A stretch of 63,869 nucleotides of DNA, the filler included, from Lenisia limosa (lineage: Eukaryota; Protista; Breviatea): the NCBI GenBank assembly GCA_001655205.1. It is 8 parts of 8 records of this genome, joined end to end, with 100 filler letters (N's around TTAATTAATTAA, not from the genome) between each part and the next. Parts side by side here need not be neighbours in the genome. Positions count along the whole stretch, not along the records: positions 1 to 12,620 come from LPNZ01011347.1; 7 more parts are not named here. One strand, 5' to 3'. Below are positions 1-10,270 of the stretch, piece after piece. Numbering within the stretch: the first letter of the stretch is position 1; each line of letters begins with the position of its first letter. Below the pieces are notes generated by a model that saw nothing but the letters and a program-made list of their open reading frames with translations, did not search any database and was not told the DNA's origin. The translations under genes and the position numbers were made by a program.

Positions 1-117
1 ATAAATGTACACAATAATACCTTTCAAAACGGGTAAAATGACAAAATAATCTTGCCAAGAAATGATGAAATTACACAATAATATCTTTAAGAAAAGAAAA
101 TAATATCCCAATGATAC

Positions 118-1333
118 CTTTCAGAACGGCATCAATGTAGCGCTGCTGTGCCTCTTTGGACACCATTTCAAAAGCAGGGTCTTGGATCACAAGATCCTCA
201 ATCGACTTCGCTACGGCCATCTAAATCATTAATGTGTATCTAGATCTCAAATAATATTATATAATCAAATTGAGCTTCACTTCCGAATGGTAGTAATATG
301 TAAAAAAAAAAAAAAAACNNNNNNNNNNNNNNNNNNNNNNNNNNNNNNNNNTAAAAATACCACGTTTTTAATATATTTTCCAACTACATACACTAAAAAC
401 AATGCCCACCTATTTGTGACACAAGTGGGATGCACAAAAAATTGTTAAAGAAACACCACCTTCTCCATTCTTCATTAAACTCCTNNNNNNNNNNNNNNNN
501 NNNNNNNNNNNNNNNNNNNNNNNNNNNNNNNNNNNNNNNNNNNNNNNNNNNNNNNNNNNNNNNNNNNNNNNNNNNNNNNNNNNNNNNTGACAATAAAGAG
601 CCCTCAGACCTCTTCTGTTGAGCGGTTGCACCGCTCCTCCTTTTCTCTGCTGTTTTACATGGCGTAATCAATACAAAATGTGCGTTTGCTGGGCATAACT
701 TACAGAGGGCAGACTAAAGGGCAAAGGGTATGTGAGAGCAGGATGAAGATGAAGAGTATATTCGTATATTCGTATAATGCGTATATTCGTATATTTCTCC
801 CAGAGAGTGATTCAAGGATTAAAGCTGATATATTTGGAAATGCCAAGTGTGTTTTGAGCTGGTTTTTGATATTTTGGAAAACACTTTTAAAGTACCCGGG
901 AACACCCGGGGTCAAGGGAATGTGGATTTAAACTCCGGAGGCGATCGTAATATAATGTACAGAAAATCCCCCTCTTTCCTTCTATCCTTCTATGCATGGA
1001 TAGGCCGAGGACGGATAGACTTATTTTCAGGAGGGGGGGGGGGCNNNNNNNNNNNNNNNNNNNNNNNNNNNNNNNNNNNNNNNNNNNNNNNNNNNNNNNN
1101 NNNNNNNNNNNNNNCTATATACTTTTATTCCTCCTTTTATTTTCTTCTGCTATACAAGTAAATGAAGCCTCTATCATCGGGATAATACAGGGATTTTTTC
1201 TCTGTTCAATGTTGGTTCGTTGGTTCAATGTCTTTTTTTGAACAAAATGAGAAGGGTTCTGCTTGGACAAGGGTTAACCGACGAACTTGGGAGATCGGAA
1301 TGTGGAAGGTTCTGATTTCTCCAAGATTCCCAT
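118..1333 (-). CDS. Partial multi-exon gene of unknown function, running off the window start
   Basis: Candidate exons bounded by AG/GT: about 1333-1279 (MGILEKSEPSTFRSPKFV), about 1175-1127 (EASFTCIAEENKRRNK), about 645-606, and 231-118 (MAVAKSIEDLVIQDPAFEMVSKEAQQRYIDAVLK). Gaps prevent a complete chain. Confidence 0.35.
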
Positions 1334-1565
1334 TTCTTATTTGTTGATAAAACTGTACATGGTCTTTTTTTGAAGAGTTTATCAATTGTTTCGATAGTAT
1401 TGAGTTTTTATCTATACAGTAACCGGTTATATTTCAGGAACCCTAATATGATAAGTGATATTTGTAATCAAATCAACGTGATTGAGCTGAAAATTGTGAT
1501 TTCAAGTTAAATAATCTGAATTTTAAGAGGTTAGATGTGATGAAGATCCATTGACAGCCCTGACT

Positions 1566-4500
1566 TCAGGAGGTAAGTAGTAGCCTAGAGCAAGATAAGA
1601 AGAATACACCTTGGTCTTCACTTCAGTACGAAAAAGATCGGTAAAATATCGATAGTTTTCGACGATTTATCGAGAAATTCAGTCTTTTTTTGAACCGAAG
1701 TGAAGCCTTTATTACACCACCTACACAAAGAGCTTCTGAAAAGATACCCCCCCCCCACCTCATCCGAATCTTCAAAACCGTAGATTGCTGAAAAATGTCA
1801 GGACAGTTAGGATCTACGATTGTTTTTTTGTTAATTTCCAAATCAACACAATAAAACTGTTAATGTTAATTGAATTATTATATTGAAAACCCCCTTTATG
1901 TAATAAAACTACTCCTTCTTCCACACAAGATGTAGAAAACCAGAGAAAGGAGGGAAAATTAAGAATGATAATAACAAAAACCATCTGATTATCACTAAAA
2001 AGCCAACAATATAAACCCTCCACGATTATATATGATATGATATGATATGATATTAAAAAACAAAAAAACAAGGCAAGAGTGAGGTGAGAAGTACTACATT
2101 GCAAAATCCTCAACAAAAAAAAGGCCAGATGCAACCTATTGTTCCGCCTTCCCCCAAACAATCAGCAAGACACTTCATTTCGAGCTTGGGATGGTCCTCC
2201 ATTTCCCTGCTCTCAGTCATCTCCCCAAAGAGGGAATTATCGGTGTAACCCCCGCTAAAATGGTCATGAATGTTGATTCCAGGAGCCCAGTTGCGCCAGC
2301 TAGTCCTTCTTGTTCAAAAAAAAAAGCTAATCCGTTACACTACGGCGCATTAACTTGGGATTTTAGTGAACAAGTTGGGATCCCATTATTACATGGGAAT
2401 CCATTTTATGGAAATCTGAGAAAATTCATGGAATTCCCAAATAATCCATGGGGATCCCAAGTTGATGCGCCGTAGTGTAATGGACTTGTTTTTTTTTTGA
2501 ACATGAAATGAAGGACTAGCTTTTTTACTTGTTTTTTTTTTTTTTCTTGATTATTTATGTAATCCAGTGGCACCCCCGCAAACTAGTCAGCAGAAATCCA
2601 GAACTCGCCCTCGTCCATATCCTCCTCACGAACGAAAAGGAACTGTGGGGTAAGAATGGCGGTCCCAGTACCCTGTTCCGGTTCCCCATCAGAATGAGGT
2701 CAGAATAAGATTGAAGCATAATTAGAGCTTCACATCGGTTCGAAAAAAGACTGAATTTCTAGATAAATCCTCGAAAAATATCGATATTTTCCCGAACCGA
2801 AGTGAAACCATAGGTATAACAAGATGGACGTTAGACCTACGTCACGGAAGACTGGGCATTGGCCGAGTTGGAGGGAGTGATCCGCAACGATCGCATCCAG
2901 GACCTAGGAAAGTCAAAATACCTGATGATGCAACATTCAAGATAAATTGAAGACCCCAAGTGGTCATTCCAGAAACGTAATAATCGTATTGCTATTTACT
3001 GATTGTATAATAGCAATACTGCTGCTCACTCCCACTCCTCACCTTCTTGTTCTCTCCAAGAAACCGAGCTCCAGGAATACGGAGGGTTTTGAGCTGGGGG
3101 AGGGGGGAATGGTGAGACTATAACCCATGTAAGTCGCTTTCAGCATTTCAGATACACTGTTTTCAAATTTAGTCGATTGTATTAGGGTAGTAGCTTCATA
3201 TCACCTTTATCAAAACAAAAGTACATAAAATGAAAGACAAACAACAATTGAAAGATCATGCCCAGCCACTTTCTTAAGGTTTGTCGCTATGGATTCCAGC
3301 ATCGAAGGTTCCAGATTTTGGAACTCCTTGATCCGTGTATCTTCAGCTTCAATACGATTAAAGATATATGACTTATTGCCTAGAGGGTCAGAAAAAATGT
3401 CAACTATTCCATCCGATCAATCCAACAACTATATTTCAATCATGCATGTGCCTCACTATGAAGGGCTCAACAAGTATCCAAAGACTAGAACTTCTTTCGG
3501 TTCCGAAAAACCTGTAAAAAATCGATATTTATCAATCGAGATTCAGTCTTTTTTGGAACCGAAAGTGAAGCTCGACCAAATACCCCCACTATGAAGGGCG
3601 AGGGTCTCGACGTTGGGTGCATTGATTCCGAGGTTCTTGATATCCTATCTACATGAAAACTACTTTCATGATGATGTAACACTCGTGTGATAATTGACCG
3701 ACAAGTCTCAATGATGCTCTGATACTAGGGAAGAACCCTCGTGCTATCTTCGTTCATCATTTCGACTCAAAAGTCAGTCATATTATCAAATCACTAGTGG
3801 AAGTGGGTTAGGCATAATTATCAGTACTCCCTGCAAATATCTGAAACAAATTTCAAAATTTGAAGTGAGACATATTAATAGAAACTCTACTTAAATTTCA
3901 AATTATGTCAATATCCTCAACAATTAAGTACACGGAACCCTAATAATTTACACACTAATAGATTTTTGATAAAACACAACTCAAGTATTCCCATTCGATA
4001 GTATATACTGTCATTAGTAGCATGTAGCAAAACTAGACAACAACGATCATGTAACTAATAACATCATATCATACATCATATCTACTACTTAGAGTAAAAA
4101 TAATGTCGCATACCTCAATATTAAGGTGGTCAGCAACATCGTGGGCGTAAGTCAACCGAACTTCACGAAGCTTATCACTTGCAAGGAGAATGGGTCCCGG
4201 GGCACAGACAATTCTAGAGTGTCACACCTCAGCGCATTGACTTGGCATTCTTGTGAAAACGTTGGAATTCCCATATTTTACATTGGAATCCCATGGAATT
4301 TTATGGAAATTCGATATTTTATAGGATTCCCAAATAATATAAGGGAATCCCAAGTCGATGCGCCGCAGTGCAAGATAAGACCTGATAAATCATTCTGATA
4401 TTATCAACACCACCCTCCTTTCTTGTTTACTTACTCTGAGGGATACTTGTTGAAATGTCTACAAATGATTGCAATCATGGTGTTCATTGTGTTGAGCGAT

Positions 4501-6966
4501 TCCTAATTGGAAGTGAGTAACTAGGGCTTCCCTGCGGTCTGAAAAAGACTGTTTAAATATCGATATTTATCGAGGGTTTATCGAGATATTCGGTCTTTGT
4601 TGGGACCGTAGGGAAGCTCTTTGAGTTAACACAAAGGCGTAGGAGAGAGAAAAGCAGATTACAAAAAGTTTGCCCTCAAACTGGTGCAAATATGATTCTC
4701 CGAATGCTGTGTGCCGCCGCAAACAGTTGGTAAGTGCCTTTGACAGTGAGCTGGGCTTCCGTTTCGGTAATCAAGTACGTTTCCAGTTCTGTTGGAGGGG
4801 ATAAGCTTCAAACACTTCTGATATCACATGTAATTAGAGCTTCACTTCGATTCAAAAAAGACTGAATTTCTCGATAGATCCTCGAAAATTATCGATGTTT
4901 TACTGGTATTATTCGAACCAAAGTGAAGCCCAACATGCCATATTATAAGTTCACCTGTCTTTCAGATGCGCCATTTCCTTGGTCAATATGGCATCAGTAT
5001 TTTCTTCTGTTGTTCTAGACAAATGAGGAGGCACAAAAATGATAAACGATGAAATGAGAAGACACAACACCGCTCACGAAAGATTGATGACAAGAACAGT
5101 GCCATCTGGCATGGATGTGTCCTTTGCTGTCACCCTCCGATAAACTCCCTTTAGAACGGAGCTCTAGGGGTAGAGTGAAAGGGAACATGAAACACATTCC
5201 CTCATTTGACTAAAAAATTGTACAACAAAAAATGTGCATCATCTGTGCGGGCAATACAATCCCCTCATACCAATTATGCCTGACAAACATGCGAATAAGA
5301 ATGCCTCAACAAGACATGCACATATAATATATACAGTATACTATAATATATCATATATTATAAATATTATATCATATATATACTATATATACATATGTAT
5401 ATATATGTATATAATATATATTTATATTGTTTCTAATATTTATGTGAATATACTATGATATACTGATATAATTATATATTATATGATACAAATACATTTA
5501 GCTACACATCTTATATCGTACATCCTATTTGATATACTATATGCTATAATACATCATATACTACATTATATACTATATACTGGACTCCCCTTACGTCGAA
5601 CTCGTGGGATCCAGGGTCATTCTTTGCACAAGGGATACTACAGAGGGTAAGATAATGATCCAATAAAAACGCTGCAAAACAATTGTTCGGACCTTTCCGC
5701 CAAAAATGAAATTCAATCGTTAAAGCCTTTCATCAGTTCCCATTTATATGGCAATCATCACACAATGACCACACAATGACCCCCCCCCCCCNNNNNNNNN
5801 NNNNNNNNNNNNNNNNNNNNNNNNNNNNNNNNNNNNNNNNNNNNNNNNNNNNNNNNNNNNNNCGTCCATGCAACTGTCTTCCGAAGAATCTACATCCATA
5901 TTATAAATAGTATATATGATATACTATCCTATATGTATATCATACAGAAAAGCCCTGTAATTGGTGCTCTTTTTTCAGTAAGAAGACCAAACCCACATCC
6001 ATCAACGACAACGCATTTGAAGTTAGTTGGTGTTTCCTTGAATTTCGCCTCTTGGCTGGCTTCGGCCGAAATGGCTTCACCGTCTGAGAAGGAACCATGT
6101 CAAACTTGTGCTAGATAAAAAGGCGAAACAACAGAGACGGTTGGTTTTCTTACCCAGAGGCCGCTTCAAGCATCGACTACACGGAGTTAGTTCAACTGTT
6201 ACAGTTTTGAATAATAACGCTGGAATTGCAAACTCATCCTACTTGTGGTTGATAAAGTCCTTATAGAGAAAACGCTGTCCTCTTTGAATCCTTGTCTGGA
6301 AAATAGTTATTGTGTAATGTAATGTATTCAACTTCTGCTATTCATTTCAGAAAAACTTAAGGTGACATAAAGTGCACCAAATATTTTACCCACATCTTTG
6401 TCCAAAATTCTAAAAACCTACAAGAGCAAATTTCCGTTGAAAGATGGTATAATCTGCAGGGACATCTTTTCCAATCATATATTTCTCGAGTTTCAGCATT
6501 TCTTTTGCTTCAGCGCCATCAAAATAGGTCCCGTCATCCTGGAGTATCAACGTATATACTATGACAAGACAAAAGATAAATAAGAAGGAAAATAGAGAGA
6601 TCTTTAATGGTCCAGAGAGATAGAACCCCCCCCCCCCCNNNNNNNNNNNNNNNNNNNNNNNNNNNNNNNNNNNNNNNNNNNNNNNNNNNNNNNNNNNNNN
6701 NNNNNNNNNNNNNNNNNNNNNGTCTAGTACTTCATCTGTATGTTGGAAGATAATAGAGACACTTACATGTCAGGGGGGAGAGGAAGAACTCCTCCTTCTT
6801 TGGTTCTGGCAATGTCTTTGAGAAATCCGCCTTTATCCCCGCAACCAACAATAACATATGTAAAGTTCTTAGTCATCTTTGAACGACTCGATAGTTCAGA
6901 TGCTCTAGCATTTCTTTGGAGAGGAACGAAGGTAGGTTCTTGTGGTACTGCCTGTTGGGCTGACAT
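1566..6966 (-). CDS. Uncharacterised multi-exon protein with C-terminal LRR-like repeats; N-terminus loosely DENN-like
   Basis: ATG at 6966 (MSAQQAVPQEPTF...FTYVIVGCG). Phase-consistent exon chain from about 4215 to the TGA at 1568-1566, including NAPNVETLALH, SIATNLKKLKTLRIPG, GMTTWGLQFILN and SLQLGQCP, which resemble cysteine-containing LRR units. Upper exons are interrupted by gaps. Confidence 0.55.
1612..1711. mobile_element. hAT-type MITE family A copy
   Basis: Matches the family consensus TAGGGCTTCACTTCGG...CCGAAGTGAAGCCCTA. Flanks ATACACCT / TTACACCA. Confidence 0.8.
2338..2477. mobile_element. CACTA/EnSpm-type MITE (family C)
   Basis: TIR CACTACGGCGCAT(T/C)AACTTGGGAT at both ends; 2-bp flank TA/TA; intronic. 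Confidence 0.8.
2723..2812. mobile_element. hAT-type MITE family A copy
   Basis: Family A TIRs and TCGA-rich core; intronic. Confidence 0.8.
3486..3574. mobile_element. hAT-type MITE family A copy (diverged)
   Basis: Family A core and degenerate TIRs. Confidence 0.7.
4225..4370. mobile_element. CACTA-type MITE family C copy (diverged)
   Basis: Aligns end to end with 2338-2477; 2-bp flank CA/CA. Confidence 0.75.
4522..4621. mobile_element. hAT-type MITE family A copy (variant)
   Basis: TAGGGCTTCCCTGCGGTC...GACCGTAGGGAAGCTCT; flanks TGAGTAAC / TGAGTTAA. Confidence 0.75.
4835..4933. mobile_element. hAT-type MITE family A copy
   Basis: Family A TIRs; flanks CATGTAAT / CATGCCAT. Confidence 0.8.
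5318..5580. repeat. AT-rich (ATAT/ATATG)n low-complexity tract
   Basis: Similar intronic tracts at about 2028, 11455, 18540, 26570, 45435 and 49860. Confidence 0.8.
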
Positions 6967-7592
6967 AAGGTTAGTTTCTCTATTACACTGGATACCTGTC
7001 ATCAGAGACTACAAGAGATTTGTTTCTTTTATATCCCAACTTACTATTACTCCTTGCCCCAGTAAGAGGTTGTGGAGGAGGGTTTATGTATGAGGCAAAA
7101 AACTGCCCCAACCGGCGAAGCATTCTAAAAAGAGTCACTTCAATAAAGCATTTAAAATATGATACGGCTAATTTCGCCAACATATGAGGGCTTGCACCCT
7201 GGAAAGAGGGACGGACAAAAGGTTTTGAACACAACTCTTCGGGGCGGGCTACTGTGTGTTTTGCTTGTGGGCAATAGGGCAACGCTGTGTGCACGAAATG
7301 TTGATTGAATATAATTAAACATGGGGACGCATGAGGGGCCAGCTTTTGGTCATTATGCAACTGTCCGAACATCCGAGACCTCTTCAATCCGCTAATCCGC
7401 TAACACCCGAGATGATTTGATGAATGAAATGACGAATGATTTACAAATGTAAAAGAATAAATGCCGTTAAGACGAATGATGATGTTAACATGATTGATAT
7501 GACGTGACAGACAGGATTGGGTTTGGAAGAGAAAGAGATGACATGCATCGAGAAAGAAAAGAAAAAACAGTAGCAAAGAATAGTCCGAAAAA

Positions 7593-9793
7593 TTAATGGG
7601 CAGCCTCGATCTCGGCCATTTCGTCTTCAAAGAAGAACTTCTCCTCGCCGAAAGCGGGCTTGAGGTGGTTGAGCCAGGTAGCCTCGGGGTCGTACTTGGC
7701 AAAGAAGGGCTGGTGGGTCCACTCGTTCTTACGGCCTTGGAGGAACTTAAGCGCCATAACTTTCTCGCCGTTGATAGTAGGGGTACCGACGACGCAGACC
7801 TTTCCGGGGGTGGCGGACATGGAGGGACCACGGACCTGAAAAGGGTGAGTTCTTGAAAATGCTGAAAATCGGAAACTACAGCAAAGGTAACGATCAATCA
7901 TCTTTTCGGGATATTGCAGCTAAATGAGACGCCAGAGGTATTGACAACCATAAGACGACAAAGAAACTGCGAGATGGTTGGGCGTGGAGGAAGGAATGCC
8001 AACAATGTGCCCCCATCCTATCCGTCGGAACAAAGGAAAAGCCCGCTTACGGTACGGCCAAGTCCGGAGACCTTCTCGAGGGCGTTGACGAAGATATCGT
8101 AGACCTCAGTGAGGGGAAGCTCGAAGTAGATCTAAAGATCGTCAGATTTACTGGTGGGCGCTTTGTGTCATAAAAGAGACTGAAAAGTGAAAAATAACTG
8201 CATAAAAAGTGACAGAAATGTGGATGCCTGCCTACCTTTGGGCCGGTGTCACGCTCGACGAACATGTAGTAGGGGATCATGCCGAGAGAGAGCTGTTGCT
8301 TCCACATATCAGCCCAGATCTAAAGAGGTCAGCAAGGCTCAGAGATCACAGAAATGGTCCAATGACGCTAAGACACCCTCTTACTTCGGAGGAGGCGTTG
8401 ATGTTGCGGACGATGGGAGACTGACAACGGAGGTTGGCACCGGTCATTCTGATGCGGCGGATGGCTTCGTGGCAGATGTCGGTCTTGTACTCGTTGGGAT
8501 GGGTGTTGTGAGCCATGATGGCAAGGTGCTTGCCGGCGGCGGCAACCTCCTCGAAGAGACGGAGAGTGTCATCGGCGTCGTCGTCGGTAACAAAGCGGTA
8601 AGGCCAGTAGGTGAGAGACTTGGTGCCGATACGGATGTTCTTGATATGGGCGAGAGAGGGGTCGTGGAGGACGGGCTCGATGTAGCGGCGGNNNNNNNNN
8701 NNNNNNNNNNNNNNNNNNNNNNNNNNNNNNNNNNNNNNNNNNNNNNNNNNNNNNNNNNNNNNNNNNNNNNNNNNNNNNNNNNNNNNNNNNNNNNNNNNNN
8801 NNNNNNNNNNNNNNNNNNNNNNNNNNNNNNNNNNNNNNNCGGATGAATCAAGGGCAGTCTGAGAAGAGGTTGTTAAAGAGAAGAGAGAAGGGTCTCGGGA
8901 GTGCTAAGAGATCAAGATTTGGTCCGTCAACATTCCCGACCATAAATGGTGTAAAACAAACCTTGGGGTGCTGACGAAGGTACTCGTGGACAAGCTCGGC
9001 GTTCTTGGTGGCGAAGACAAGTCCGTCAAGACCGGAGAACTGAGCCCAACGGAAGCAGTAGGTACAGAAAGTGTGGCAGTACTGGGACTCGACGGGGAAG
9101 AGGAGAACAGTCTGCTCGTACTAGGCGGAGTAAGTAAACCTTCGAGAAACTCGGATGAAAACATAGAAATATTTCCAATATGAATTGAAAGAGCATGAAA
9201 ATAAAAAAATACCTTGTGCTGGAGACCATTGAGCTGCTTGCCGTTGACGATAACCTTGTTGAGGTGCTGTCCGGAACCAACGGGGTTCATTTGGAGGCGG
9301 ATATCAGCAACCTTCTTCTTGGTCTCCTCACCGTCCATACCATGCTAAAGGAAATCAGTAACCAGAAAAAAAAAAGTCAAATTCTAAAAAAGACTTCGGA
9401 TCAAAAACTTATCAAAACACAAATATCAGCGTTGCTTACGGCGTCAATGAGGTCAACAACTTGTGAGAGGTCACCGGCGTGGAGCATTCCTTGTTGAGGG
9501 AAAGTCAGCTGGAAGATAGGGTCGTTGGGGATGTTGTTCCAGTCGATAAGGTTATCGCAGATGTAGTTGTTGGAACGGAAAGGCATAACGTTGGCAACAC
9601 CGATGAGGGACTTCCAGTCATAATCTTTGGAGACGTTCTTCTCAGTCAAAACCTTCTCAATTTGACGCTTGCCGTAAACCTTAGGCTTCAGGGCCTCAAT
9701 AACGCGGCCATTAGCCATAAGAGGGGCAACGTGTGCAGTACTGAAACTGCGGCCAGCAACGGCCAAACCACTAAGAGCACGAGAAAGCAGCAT
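7593..9793 (-). CDS. kamA: KamA-family radical SAM enzyme (lysine 2,3-aminomutase-like) with N-terminal mitochondrial-type presequence
   Basis: Exons 9793-9440, 9344-9213, 9120-8962, gap-8385, 8319-8236, 8131-8051, 7835-7593. CxxxCxxC motif CHTFCTYC. Family motifs IPNDPIFQLTFPQQGML, GLQHKY, IRIGTKSLTYWPYRF, GMIPYYMFVERDTG, RTVRGPSMSATPGK, FFAKYDP and KPAFGEEKFFFE. The TGGD segment probably lies in the gap at 8692-8839. Confidence 0.9.
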
Positions 9794-10270
9794 CTTAAAA
9801 CAAGAGCTGAAAGAGGATAAAAAATTTGAAAAAAATTCAGTAAAGGCTGAGTTTATCTAGAATATTCGTCAATTCACGTATATTTTCTTTTTGACCTTCT
9901 GTAACACGCCTATCGTCCTCTTTTAACATATCATCTTAGATATTGTTATTAGTAAATATTTTAGCGGTTTAGTTTTCGAAAAGCGCTTGCACCATTATGT
10001 TCAATCGGTCATCCGAGATATCAAGATTAGCCGACTTCCTTATCGGGTAAGTCTTTAAAAACTGTTTTCCTGTGTCTCGAGGCCAGCTGAATCTTATACG
10101 TTGTATTCGAGTAATACCATTCCGTTGGTTGAATTAGTGATATCTTTCTAGTGATCTTATCCACCTATCCCCCTTTTCAGCACTTTACTCAACAATGAAG
10201 TGCGCTGCTCTTCAGGTATTGTGTTATTACGAATAGAAGGTTATTACGCTGTTCTTGGCTGTTGTTATGG

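Noticed and set aside
2165-2905. PX-domain end and DUSP-like motif (GEFWISADYWRNW...DNSL) in the minus-strand gene
   Set aside because: Only short motif resemblance. The phase-consistent chain gives LRR-like units upstream and lacks the rest of either domain.
3454-3599. 13-bp direct repeat CACTATGAAGGGC as a long TSD around a MITE
   Set aside because: The repeat does not abut the MITE termini and the family makes 8-bp TSDs; it is better explained as a local duplication of an exon end.
6983-7387. 134-aa ORF between KamA and the LRR-like gene
   Set aside because: Starts at TTG, has no recognisable motif or splice context, and lies in expected promoter/UTR space. No snRNA, tRNA or RNase P/MRP signature was found there either.
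7596-9820. Plus-strand ORFs of 86-219 aa over the KamA locus
   Set aside because: Antisense shadows caused by the strong codon bias of KamA.
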